A stretch of 64,000 nt of DNA from Schmidtea nova (Eukaryota). Below are positions 41,592-53,010 of the stretch, piece after piece; position 1 is the first letter of the stretch; each line of letters begins with the position of its first letter. The translations under genes and the position numbers were made by a program. Below the pieces are notes generated by a model, which was not told the origin of the DNA, did no database searches, and saw nothing but the letters and a program-made list of their open reading frames with translations. Where the stretch lies: NCBI GenBank assembly GCA_044892505.1, contig CM097882.1, forward strand, positions 148,180,001 to 148,244,000. Reading direction: 5' to 3'.

Positions 41592-43318
41592 TTAAATAAG
41601 TATACAATATTTCAGCACAGCCTTTATCAAGTGTGTAAGTCATCTATTATGGGAATTATTGATATTAATTTTTAATTAATTAATGCTTTATATTATCGCA
41701 CAAATAAATAATCTAACAAGTTTGTGCACGTTAGTTTTAGGCGTTTTTTTAAATTTTGATTTGAACATGTCCCGCATTCCAATAAAAAATAAGTCTTCAC
41801 TTTAAAATATTCAGATATTAGAATTACTCATGAATGAGAAAATATCCGGATAGTCATACCTAATATACAACGAAAATTTCAATTAAAAAGTAATAATAAA
41901 ATTAAGAGGATTGTCTTGATCTAGTCTAACATTGCGATAAGAATTATATTACTTATTCAGAATTAATTCTAATATAGGTCTCATAACTAATTGTCTTTAT
42001 TACATTACATATTATAAAAGTTTTCTTTAAATAATATTTTAATTAACGTTTCGATGAAAGTAATTTATAGAGATATATTAGTATCATTACAACAGAGCAT
42101 CGAGATCGATTTGCGAAGGTCTTCAAGATAATGGAACCTAATGAAATCTTGTAAATAAATTTTGAAGAGTTTTATAGTTCTGACAGAACCTGTACCACAA
42201 ACTTTACATATTTCATTGATGACATTCCTGGGATGTTGTATTTTTGAAATTTGAAGATCACTCAATAACTACGGTATTTTTGCATAATTTATAGTTCAAT
42301 TTATAAAAACTAAAGTAATTTAAAAATTTTGAACTATTATGAATTTTTAAATATGTACAAAATTATAACAACTGCATTTATAGCAGGGTAAAACAAATTA
42401 GTAAGTGTCAAACTGATTATAGCGACAATTAAAATACTAAAAAATATTAAATTCTAGTGACATAAATAATAGTTATTCATCACTAACTTGACACCTGTAA
42501 CATTCAACATGGAAGTCCCTATCGTTTACAACTATTCTGACTACTTCATCTGAATCCTATAAATTAAATAATACTAACAAACTTATGTTAAAATAAATGA
42601 AATTTAAAAACATAAAAATAACATAACAAAGTTAGTTACCATTAAATAAAAATTATTTATTAATCTTTTTGCTCCTTAAGCTCGTTACCCCCTTCACTTT
42701 GCACACATTTTACTAAGTAAGATCGAGTATTTTGCGTGACAATGTTTAACACAAAGTGATATCACTTGAAAATTTCCCAGTTATCAATTATGTATAAAAT
42801 CATTTATAGATCTTGGCCAATTTTAACAAATTATAATTGATACGTTTAATCATAATATATCAAGTAGAAAATAACTGAAAAATAATTCTTTTTTGATTGA
42901 TCGCAAAAATATATTCTTTAAAAGTTCTATTAGAATAAATTAAAACGAAAGGAGAACTTGAAATATACATGTAAAGAGAAACCTATTATGTAATCAAGTT
43001 TTATTATCTTCCGTTTATTGCATGATGAGTATTTGATTTTTTAATTGGATATATGACGTAACGATTGTTGTAACTGTTCAGATATTTATATGACTAACCA
43101 TACTCAAAAAGACAGAATAAGATTGTTATATTAAATATTAAATGGTTGTTAAAAATTCAAATAATAGACAGAAACAATACGAGTTATTTGAAATTATGAC
43201 TGGAAATTAAAAAACGTTGTAAAAATAGCCGGAATATTAATAGTGTGTAGTGATAAATTATTAGGAAAACAATTAAGGTCTTATATTAAATTTCAATATT
43301 TTAGAACAAATGACTCTA

Positions 43319-43473
43319 CAGGTTGTTGAAAAAGTTGGTACCGAATTTTGTGTGTGTGTAAATTCGGTACCGAGCATAACATTTAATAGAGCATGAATCT
43401 GAAAATGCTTCCTTTAAAAGTAAACCCAGGAAGTTAGATTAATACAAATATCATTTTAAAATACATTACCTTT

Positions 43474-43510
<37 letters not shown>

Positions 43511-43674
43511 TTTCATTTAAAAAAAAATGAAATCATTGAAGATCGAACACAATCAAAGATTTTCGACTTTTTTACATATTCTTTAAAATGACTCATGTTC
43601 TATTGAATTTTATGCTTGTTTTGATGAGTACTACACACACTAAAATTTCAGCACCACCTTTATTCATCATCCTG
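43319..43674. mobile_element. Tc1/mariner-type MITE (degenerate)
   Basis: TA|CAGGTTGTTGAA ... TTCATCATCCTG|TA with extended imperfect inverted arms. Confidence 0.55.
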
Positions 43675-44079
43675 TAAAAGTTTTTCATCTAGTCCAATTT
43701 AAAGATTCAGCAATATCGTGATTTAAGTTTTATTTAGAGAAAAGAGCAAAAATTTGTTTTCGTTAAAACTCAAAATTAAAATTTTTCCAAAAATGTTTAT
43801 GTAAGTTATTTAAGGTTTTTCGAAAACATTTATGGATTAAAGCATTTAAATTTATTTGTATAATAAAAATATACATCTAAGTAACAAACAGTGTTTACAA
43901 TTTTAAAAAGCCCATCGAATGACGGTCGGATATTTTAAATTTACAAAGTAATGGATATGTAATGTAAATAAATAATTAAATTAAATAATATAAATTGAAT
44001 AAATAATGCACCTCTTTTCCATACTTTACAGCAATAAAATACTATAATTACTTGATATTTGCAAAAATTTTTATTGCAA

Positions 44080-44113
<34 letters not shown>

Positions 44114-44883
44114 GCTCTAATATAAGCTTTTTGAGGCTTTTTAAGAGCAAAATTTGTAGCATCAATAGAAATTTTACAAAATTGAAATATGTGAAATTAA
44201 ATATGGCTTATTTTGACAATTAAGTAGTCACAAAATACTAAATTTATGTGTATAACAAAGAACAAAGACACCATGAACATTTAAAGACTAAATCGAGTCT
44301 GATGATTGCAAATATGAAAGTCACTTTTGACTCCTCCAAAAATAGTAGTATAAATAAATAATAACATTTAATAGAATCATGAATATCTACAGATTAATTT
44401 TTCAGAATTTTCCTCGCTTTTAGACTGGATGAAATTTGTAAATGCTAGCAGACATAATAATAAAAATAAAATATTTTTTTTCAAAAATCTATGGAAGAAC
44501 ATGGAAGATAGTAAAAAGTAATTTGCATGCAATTGTCTCTTGTATGGAACTTCAGGAGCATCTCAATGTAACATCCAACATAAGTCTATTAGCATTGGAA
44601 GCGACTATTTTTCGATTGCGTCAACGATGTTCATCACTACACTATCCGTATTTTATGGGAAAAGGTCAAGATGAGACATAAGCAAATGAATTTTAAGAGA
44701 CATATTACATATCAAACTGTTACATGACTGGAGTAGCGATTCGAAAAGTTCCGTGTAATTCGGAGAAAGATGGTTGCCCAGAAATTTATATAGATCTAAA
44801 CTGCTTCCATTTCCAAGCTAATGTTTTGTAACAAAGAACAATAAATGCGAGATTATTTTCGAAACCCTTATATTGGTATAATC

Positions 44884-45403
44884 CAGTGATTCCCAACCTA
44901 TTTTGGCTAAGGGCCACTTTTGTTTAGTTGGAGGGCACGAAGGGCCAAAAGGTTAAAATAACTAAAAATTACGAAGATAATTATTAAACAATTATTATAA
45001 AAAAATTTCAGAAGAGCGGAAATGAAATCAGATTGTTAGTGAAAAACTACTAAAAGTAAATTTAAACACAGATTTTACTATTATATGCCCATCTAGCTAC
45101 TGAAATATATTAATTTGGTGAATGCAAACGACCCCTCTCTCTTGTAAGGCTGAACGCGCCCTCTCTCTTGTAAGACTGAACGCGCCCTCTCTCCTACTTT
45201 GCCATGGAAATAGTAAGAGAGGGGGGCACGCTTGTCCGACGTCAATGGTTTATTTAACTATACTGATATATCATAGTTTTAAACTAAATTTAGGGCAAAC
45301 GTTTTCTATGGAAGGTGTAATTGTGATATATTTTTAGTGTTCTTTGTTGAGAAGCCGAGGGCCACTTTTTTATGTCCGGCGGGCCACAGGTTGGGAACCA
45401 CTG
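44884..45403. mobile_element. hAT MITE inserted in the Merlin left TIR
   Basis: CAGTGATTCCCAACCT...AGGTTGGGAACCACTG with a perfect 8-bp TSD GTATAATC. Confidence 0.92.
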
Positions 45404-45514
45404 GTATAATCCTATTATAAGATGTTTTAAAAAACAAGATGTTTTAAAATATTAAAATTAAAAAAACAATAAAAAATGATAATTATAAAACGGAATACTA
45501 TTAAGACCAAAGTT

Positions 45515-45975
45515 GATGGTTTCGTCTGGTCGTGCTCATTGCCATGCAGGAAGACGTATTCTATCCGATATTCATCGATTTTTTATGACAGTAAATTGCC
45601 TCTTCGACAACAAATACTAACGATATTCTTCTGGTCGAAAAATATGTAGCAGGATGAAATTTTTTCCGACTTAAGAGTAAATAAAAATACTCTGTCGGAT
45701 AAATGCAAGGAACTCCGCGAATTGTGTGCATTGGGATTATCGGATTTCAATGAAACGATTGGTGGTCTTGATAAATCTGATAATCCACTGGAAGTTGAAA
45801 TTGATGAATCATTCTTCTTTAAGCGTAAATATAATCGTGGTCGCCTCGGTTCATATAAATGGGTTTTCGGGGCCTATGAACGAGGCTCAAAGAAATGTTT
45901 CTTGGAAGTAGTACCAAATAGAAATGCCGAGACTTTATTGGAGATTATAAACAGACGAATACAACTAGAACGAGG
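45515..45975 (+). pseudogene. Merlin transposase, N-terminal half
   Basis: DGFVWSC...CRKTYSIR, VEIDES, RKYNRGR, KWVFGAYERG, VPNRNAETLL; one in-frame TAG; 5' end missing. Confidence 0.88.
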
Positions 45976-46204
45976 GCTCATATGCTCCTACCATAAGATG
46001 TACGGAGACAAAGCCCAACATTGCTATGTCGGTTGTAGGTGGAACAACCGACTTCCAACATGCCTGCCTCGCAACCTTTGCATCTATCACGCAATATTTA
46101 AGACCGAGGCCAAAACATGCTTGGAAGGCTGCCGTTTCCATACTGGTAATCACAATACCAGTAACGTTAATCAAAATTCGTATAATAAGCCTTCGGAAAA
46201 CTGA
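45976..46204 (+). pseudogene. gag: CsRn1-type gag 3' fragment with two CHCC zinc fingers and a GGAAAAC -1 frameshift site at its stop
   Basis: CSYHKMYGDKAQHCYVGC and CIYHAIFKTEAKTCLEGC; TCG GAA AAC TGA overlaps the pol frame (-1). Confidence 0.75.
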
Positions 46205-49200
46205 AAACGCCATCGAACTCTCCCACAGTTTTTGATGGCGATCCCATAACCTGTGGACTCTTTTCTGTTCCCGCCGTACCTCATTCCCAGAACTCTAATG
46301 AAGTCGATGCCCCCATTCACTTCGTTATCGATAGCGGTTCCATCATCTCATTCCTACCTAATCGGTTCGGAATTGATAATAATCAAAAAAGGTCCTTCCG
46401 GACAGCCAGTGGCGAAAACTTTTCCACTATTGGAACAAAAAACTTAACATTCCAAATTCCTGGTCTGTCCAAAACTTTTTCATGGACATTCCAAGTCGCC
46501 GAGGTGATTCATCCACTCTTAGGTGCCGATTTTCTTGATGCCGAAGGTTTACTCCCTGATTGCAGAGAACGCAAATTAATCCTCTCACAACACACACCTA
46601 GAGCTCAAGTTCTTGACCACCTCTGTAGCGACGCCCTCAATGTCTTACCCGCCACACCTTGCTATATACAACAATTACTAAAGACGTTCCCAAACGTCGA
46701 AAAGAGATCAAACAATCACAAACAAACTCCCTCTTTTCTACACGTCATAGTCACCAATAACGGTATGCCTAACAGAGAACGTATGCGACCACTCGCGCCC
46801 GAGAAGCTCACACTTGTCAAGGAAGAATTCAATAAGCTACTCGAAGCCGGTACTATACACCGATCGAATTCCCCTTGGGCATCACCCATCCATGTGGTTA
46901 CAAAAAAAGACGGATCTATCCGCGCCTGTGGTGACTACAGACGCCTCAACAAAGTCACTATACATGACTCTTACCCCATGCCACTTATATCAGACGTTCT
47001 TTCGAGATTACCTGAAGTTACAATCTTCTCCACTCTAGATCTAAAAAAGGCTTACCACCAAATCCCGGTAGCACCAGAAGACATCCCGAAGACCGCTGTT
47101 ATCACCCCTTTTGGCTTGTTTGAATACAAATACATGCCATTCGGTCTCCGAAACGCAGCTCAAACGTTCCAGCGACACATTGACAATATTTTAGGAGACA
47201 AGAAATACATGGTGGCATACATCGATGACATCCTCATCGGGTCCAAAGATGCAACGGAACATCTTGAACATATCAAAGAAGTGTTCAGGTTATTGCACAA
47301 TAACAATTTGCAAATTAACTTGGACAAATGTTCCTTCTTTCAATCGGAAATAAAATTCCTTGGACACCTTGTATCGACGTCCGGAGTAAGACCACTTCCA
47401 GAACGCCTAGATACAATCCGCAATTTTTCACGACCAAATACAGTTTCCCAAATGCGCAGCTTCTTAGGAACTGTTAATTTCTGTCACCGATTTATTCCAA
47501 GGATATCCGAGGTCACCGCACCTCTTTCCGCTCTCTGTAGCGGCCCAAAACACTCTCTCCTACCGTGGAATGACGAACTGGAAAGAGCTTTTCAATCCGT
47601 CAAGGACGCAATGTCGACAGCACAATCTTTGTCATATATAAAGAACAATCTACCCCTATTTTTAACTACCGATGCGTCCAACATTGGCATTGCTGGAGTT
47701 CTCGAACAGAACAACACAGGGTGTCAAGAGAAAATCGAATTCTTTTCACGCAAATTAACCACACAAGAACAACGCTATTCCACGTTTGACCGCGAATTAT
47801 TAGCGATTTATGAATCAGTCCGCCACTTCCGCTACTTACTCGAAGGCAGATCTTTTTCTATTCAGACGGACCATAAACCGCTAGTTCACATGATGGAAAT
47901 GAAGACCCCTTCACCAAGACAGGGACGTCAAATCAGCTACCTATCAGAATTCGCGTTCACTATCACCCATCTCCCAGGTCGCCAGAATATTGTAGCAGAT
48001 TATCTATCGCGAAATCTTGTTGCAACGATCACTACTGAGCCGATCTTCACTGACGACGTTCTCAGGTCTCTACCACCTTCCCCAAAAGACCTGTCATTCT
48101 TCCAAAATACAACGGTTTTCGATAAAGGCATCTACTACGACAACGCCTTATCTGGAAATATCCGCCCAATTTTGCAAGAAAAGTTAAGGCGCGAAGCTTT
48201 CAACCACACCCACAACCTTCACCATCCGGGCACGTCTGCAACATACAATCTACTACGTTCTCGTGTCATTTGGCCAAGTATGAGACAAGACGTAAAATAC
48301 TGGTGTGAATCTTGCTTAGGATGCCAACAACACAAAATCCACCGACATACTCGACCACCCTTACATAACTTTCCAACGGGAAACCGTTTTGAAGTGGTGC
48401 ATGTCGATCTAGTTGGACCTCTTCCTCCAGACAACGGTTACACACATATATTAACCATGCTGGAAAGAAAAACTCATTTTCCAGTCGCTGTTCCTTTAAA
48501 ATCCATTTCTGCTTATATTGTAGCATCGGCGATCATAGAACATTGGATCTCGATATTTGGTGTTCCTCTACATTTCATTACCGATCAAGGACCCCAATTC
48601 GAATCCCATCTTTTTAAACAACTTTCGACACAACTAGGAATTAAACACCTGAGGACTAGTACCTACCACCCACAAACAAACGGAGCTGTCGAGCGGTTTC
48701 ACCGCACACTCAAGACATCCCTCCGAATACTTTCTACTTCAAAGAACTGGACAAAGGCCCTACCTTTTGTTCTACTAGGATGGCGCAATACGCCATCAAA
48801 AACAACAGGTTCGTCTCCAGCTCAACTACTGTTCGGTACTAACGTCATGTTACCAAACGAACTTGTCGAGCTAAACGGCGAACCAACTTTAGAAAATCTA
48901 GCGGATGCAAGAAACCATTTCCTATCTTTGGACTCAAACCCAAATTTTTCAATGTCAAACACTTACAAACCATATATTCCCAGATCTTTTGATCGCGCAA
49001 CTCATGTATGGATCCGCTCAATTGCCGATATCGGCCTAAAACCACGCTACGAAGGACCGTATTCCCTTCTCCAAATACTTGATAACGGCACTGCAAAAGT
49101 TTCCATTAATGGAATGGATACAATTATAAATCTAGCCCGTCTCAAGCCAGCTTTTGGTTATATGGAAGAAGACCCCAGTCCTACAAATATCACATCGCAT

Positions 49201-49686
49201 GCTGAGACACAAGACTTTACACCACCAAATCCTCCAGACCCCATACAAACCCATAATCTGCAGAGGGATAACCCGACCGTCGTTCGCTTACCTCAGCAAT
49301 TTTTATCATCACCGAAATTACTTCCAATCAAAAATGAAATCACTCCATCCCTCATAACTAATCACCCCACCACTCAGTTACAAATCGAAAACCCATCACC
49401 CAGCACATTACAACCAATAGCTAACCAGAAACAAATACCAATACAGAGAACAACACAATCATCGCAACCAGATAACACATGGTTTATCCCGGCAACTATA
49501 TTGGATCAGCAAACTCAATCAACTCCTACTTCAAAATATACTCTGAAACCCATCCTAAAATCATCGAATAAGATACCCAAGGCACAACAAATTAAGAAAG
49601 TGCGTATAGCAGAATGGCATCGAACTAAAAGAATCGGCGAAAACCCAAACTTACCAATCCGCCTATCTAGAACTAACGACTTGTAA
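46189..49686 (+). CDS. pol: Ty3/gypsy (CsRn1 clade-like) pol: PR-RT-RH-IN, apparently intact
   Basis: The frame is open from 46189 and includes FVIDSGS (PR), YIDD, TDAS, TDHKPL, HHPG...CLGC, HVDLVGP, TDQG, VERFH and GPY. Confidence 0.95.
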   Translation, partial: AFGKLKTPSNSPTVFDGDPITCGLFSVPAVPHSQNSNEVDAPIHFVIDSGSIISFLPNRFGIDNNQKRSFRTASGENFSTIGTKNLTFQIPGLSKTFSWTFQVAEVIHPLLGADFLDAEGLLPDCRERKLILSQHTPRAQVLDHLCSDALNVLPATPCYIQQLLKTFPNVEKRSNNHKQTPSFLHVIVTNNGMPNRERMRPLAPEKLTLVKEEFNKLLEAGTIHRSNSPWASPIHVVTKKDGSIRACGDYRRLNKVTIHDSYPMPLISDVLSRLPEVTIFSTLDLKKAYHQIPVAPEDIPKTAVITPFGLFEYKYMPFGLRNAAQTFQRHIDNILGDKKYMVAYIDDILIGSKDATEHLEHIKEVFRLLHNNNLQINLDKCSFFQSEIKFLGHLVSTSGVRPLPERLDTIRNFSRPNTVSQMRSFLGTVNFCHRFIPRISEVTAPLSALCSGPKHSLLPWNDELERAFQSVKDAMSTAQSLSYIKNNLPLFLTTDASNIGIAGVLEQNNTGCQEKIEFFSRKLTTQEQRYSTFDRELLAIYESVRHFRYLLEGRSFSIQTDHKPLVHMMEMKTPSPRQGRQISYLSEFAFTITHLPGRQNIVADYLSRNLVATITTEPIFTDDVLRSLPPSPKDLSFFQNTTVFDKGIYYDNALSGNIRPILQEKLRREAFNHTHNLHHPGTSATYNLLRSRVIWPSMRQDVKYWCESCLGCQQHKIHRHTRPPLHNFPTGNRFEVVHVDLVGPLPPDNGYTHILTMLERKTHFPVAVPLKSISAYIVASAIIEHWISIFGVPLHFITDQGPQFESHLFKQLSTQLGIKHLRTSTYHPQTNGAVERFHRTLKTSLRILSTSKNWTKALPFVLLGWRNTPSKTTGSSPAQLLFGTNVMLPNELVELNGEPTLENLADARNHFLSLDSNPNFSMSNTYKPYIPRSFDRATHVWIRSIADIGLKPRYEGPYSLLQILDNGTAKVSINGMDTIINLARLKPAFGYMEEDPSPTNITSHAETQDFTPPNPPDPIQTHNLQRDNPTVVRLPQQFLSSPKLLPIKNEITPSLITNHPTTQLQIENPSPSTLQPIANQKQIPIQRTTQSSQPDNTWFIPATILDQQTQSTPTSKYTLKPILKSSNKIPKAQQIKKVRIAEWHRTKRIGENPNLPIRLSRTNDL

Positions 49687-49762
49687 CCTAGGGCGGGCAC
49701 CAATACTAACACTTCTAAAATCTTTTTTTTGTTTTCTTTTAAGAAAAACGCTCCGCGTTACT

Positions 49763-50098
49763 GGATGGGGGGTAATGTAATGTTCTGTGGACACCCGTTT
49801 GAATACAAAATTCTGACATAAATAGATGTTTATGAGTGTTTTATGTACCTCTGAAACTGTGTGAATCGGAGTTGTAAAAAGGTTGTTAGACATGTGAAAA
49901 TTTTATTATTTGTATATTTTATTGTACATTGTTTAGGATTATGTGAATTGGGGTTGTAGAAAGAATTATTAAATATGTAAAAATTTTATTATTTGGATAT
50001 TTTATTGTCCATTGTTTAAAAGAGTTTGTTAAGCGGTTAACCCGCGCAGAAATTAATACAAATAAATATTTTAAAGAAAGTTATTAAAACTTATTACT
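49763..50098 (+). repeat. PPT (GGATGGGGGGTAA) and probable 3' LTR starting TGTAAT at 49776
   Basis: Purine tract directly before TG, 77 nt after the pol stop. The right boundary is uncertain and no 5' LTR is present for comparison. Confidence 0.55.
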
Positions 50099-50100
50099 AA

Positions 50101-51498
50101 TTGATTTTCATTATGATAAAATTAATTTATATTTTTGAATTCATCCACAGTATCTTTACAAACAACTTGTTGCAAGCAGATATTAGACTGATAGACATCG
50201 CCAGGAATATTGAATCTGTTAATGCTACGGCAACTTATAATGTTGAATTTGTCAATATGAAGTGGAAAATAAACGTCTTTTATTACAAATACTTTCTAGA
50301 TGTCAGACCATTGAAAGTTTCAACTAACGGTAAAGGTTTGGAAGTGCCTATCAATTCCTATGGATACATCACTACGGAGTCCAAGGAATCAATGTTGGGA
50401 TATTTCCGCATCAATGATAAATATGGAATCAGCAGATTAGTTGAATCGCATGATAAGCGCTATCAGCCGATTTACATCGCTAACGTGCCAGTGATTATTC
50501 TGCCTGAAATCCCAGAAATAGTCGCCTTAGAAATGAAGGGATTTATGGAACTATCTAAAACTTTAAAACCAAATATTTTTAATAAACAATGCTATGCCAA
50601 AGTTGTTATTGTGCTCTACTTTTATGTCAATCTTAGTGATAACATTGAATTTGTTACCGAGAGAGAGAAATTTATAAAGATCGAAATATGTGTACAGAAT
50701 ATATTTCTCCGTTTAAAATTGATATTTAATCAACTCCCGTGGGAAATAAGGATCGAGTTCTTGGTGGATAACTTGCCTATTTTGACTCCAAAAATATGCT
50801 TGAGTGACTTTAAAGGTCCCCGTTATCCGGTTTCAGTGAATAGTTATGGCAGATTGAGTTTAAGTGCCCGGGAATTGCTCGAACCTTTTAAAAGTGATTC
50901 TTCTAGTAGATGTTTTAAGTCGGAAGGCCAAATGCCGTTCACCGGTATGGCTTTAATGTTGAATGCTACTTTCTATAGGTCTTTGACAATGATCGTCCAA
51001 CATTATTACATCGACATTATTTTCGGATTGTTTGTATTCATTGTCTGTACAATATGCATTTTTGAAGGTTCTTATATGATGAACTTATTAATCTTAAGAA
51101 AATTACGATTTTATTGTCAGTTGATGTCCTATCAAGATCCGAAAGTGAATGTAGTTAGAGTATGTACTGTACCATCAAATCCATATGTGTATCGTTTTTA
51201 CGTGGTTATTCAATCTTATGAGATCCTCCTTGGGCGATTACCCGATGGTTTCGATAGAGCTTTGGTGCGACCCGGAATCCTACTTTCCCTGTTATCCGAC
51301 AAAGCTAAAGTACATTCATATTTTTTTGTAAATTTATGTAAATTAATCAGCGAGGGAACAAAAATAAAATTGATGAATCGGCAACAACACCAAAAATCTG
51401 AATACCTTGGTGTGGTTTCCGGTTCATCAAACGAGGATCATCAGCGATGGTTGGGCCGCATACCGATCGATACAAAATTCAGGAATTTACATGCATGA
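50101..51498 (+). CDS. Orphan intronless 465-aa ORF, signal peptide plus TM, weak ADAM/M12B-like pattern, no HExxH
   Basis: A 1.4-kb open frame in AT-rich DNA; first ATG at 50113; TM IIFGLFVFIVCTICIF. The last codons run into Merlin sequence. Confidence 0.6.
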   Translation: MIFIMIKLIYIFEFIHSIFTNNLLQADIRLIDIARNIESVNATATYNVEFVNMKWKINVFYYKYFLDVRPLKVSTNGKGLEVPINSYGYITTESKESMLGYFRINDKYGISRLVESHDKRYQPIYIANVPVIILPEIPEIVALEMKGFMELSKTLKPNIFNKQCYAKVVIVLYFYVNLSDNIEFVTEREKFIKIEICVQNIFLRLKLIFNQLPWEIRIEFLVDNLPILTPKICLSDFKGPRYPVSVNSYGRLSLSARELLEPFKSDSSSRCFKSEGQMPFTGMALMLNATFYRSLTMIVQHYYIDIIFGLFVFIVCTICIFEGSYMMNLLILRKLRFYCQLMSYQDPKVNVVRVCTVPSNPYVYRFYVVIQSYEILLGRLPDGFDRALVRPGILLSLLSDKAKVHSYFFVNLCKLISEGTKIKLMNRQQHQKSEYLGVVSGSSNEDHQRWLGRIPIDTKFRNLHA

Positions 51499-51727
51499 TG
51501 TGGTTATCCATTCGATGAATTTTCTTTCGCCAGACGACCCCAGCATACATACACAAAACATCGAGTCAACTTGGGCACATGCGAAGAGGAAGTTGAGAAA
51601 TGAATTCGGATCACGAGAAATATATTTGGCAGGTTATTTGTCAGAGTTTTTGTTCAGGAGGATGTGTCCCAAGTTCAAAGTGTTCAACGAGCTAATAATT
51701 TTGATTGGTAATAATGTTTTTGAATAA
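51430..51727 (+). pseudogene. Merlin transposase, C-terminal half
   Basis: TRIISDGWAAY, H..V.HS.NF, HTQNIESTWAHAK, YLSEFLFRR. Confidence 0.9.
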
Positions 51728-53010
51728 AGTGAATAATTGAAAAATAAATTTATGGTAATTATTTTCAGTATTTATGGAAGCATGTATTAGTTATGCTTAA
51801 TAGTATTCCGTTTTATAATTATCATTTTTTATTGTTTTTTAATTTTAATATTTTAAAACATCTTATTTTTTTTAAAACATATCATAGGATTATAACCTTA
51901 TATTAATAACGAAAAAATCGAAAATATAACTATATTTTAGCTACAGGCAAGTGTAAATAACATTTAAAGGATTTTGTGATATGCATTTAATTATAACCGC
52001 TGCCATGGTGAATTAATTATTTCCCATTTCCAAGAATTGTATAACTCAATTAATTTTAGATTACCTTAAAATTTCAATTAAATTTTATTTTGTTTTATTT
52101 GATTAGCATTATATATAAAAATCCAAATAAACTTGATTAAAAACGAATTAAAACTCCAGACACTTAAAAATAGGCCTTAATATTCCATTTTTTAATTGTA
52201 ACGGTTGTAATAAAAAAAACTATGTCCAAATAAAAAATCATGTAAATAAAAACTAACTTTACGAGGAATTATTGGTTGCAAACAGATAGCGCATCTCGGT
52301 GCGAAAGTATTATGATAGTCTATAATACAGTAAATATTATTATTTCGATCGACAGTGAATGGAATTCCATCAAGACATTTCTGACATATGCTACATTTAA
52401 AACATCGAGGATGAAAATCTTTACCGAGAGCTTCTAGTATCTATGAAAACAAATGAAATGAGAAAAGTTTGTCAATTAAAGTAATAAATAAATAAAATTA
52501 GGAAAGTAGACCAAAAAATTGAGAAGATTTAATTTTTCTAAAATGAATTACTAACAATTTTTGAAAACTAAATGAATAGCTTGACTTTAAATGGCGCCGT
52601 GATTGATAAAAAAAAGACCTATGTTTATAAAAGCTAAAAATATAGTCACTTTATGGCACATTCAAATGCGCTTGTAGTGCAAAAGCCTGGAACAAAATCA
52701 ACAATTGAAATTGTAACACACCAACAAGCTTTTATGAGATGAAATTCTGTTTACCACTAATTCAAAAACACAATGAATATTGTCTAAAATGCTTATCATT
52801 TTTAGAGCTTCTAAACCACTAAAGAATGTGTTTGTACTTTAATAGCAATTAATATTTGCAAATTTCTCACAATTGATAATCGAAAATAAACTGAGATTTC
52901 AATTGGCTATTTTGTGAATAATAAACATAAAACCTGTTTCATCATTTGCTAGGCAATTAATTATTTGGCACAAAAATAATATTCTAAAACACAAACAAAT
53001 CAAAAATTGA

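Larger units (their letters stand above)
44875..51896 (+). mobile_element. Merlin (IS1016/IS1595-like) DNA transposon carrying nested insertions
   Basis: About 100-bp TIRs (45404-45505 versus 51797-51896); 8-bp TSD CTTATATT (44867-44874, 51897-51904); transposase halves inside. Confidence 0.85.

Noticed and set aside
50101-51498. Env gene of the CsRn1-type element
   Set aside because: A canonical PPT plus TG start at 49763-49777 puts the ORF outside (3' of) the LTR, and no fusogen pattern is seen. Not fully excluded, because the 5' LTR is missing.
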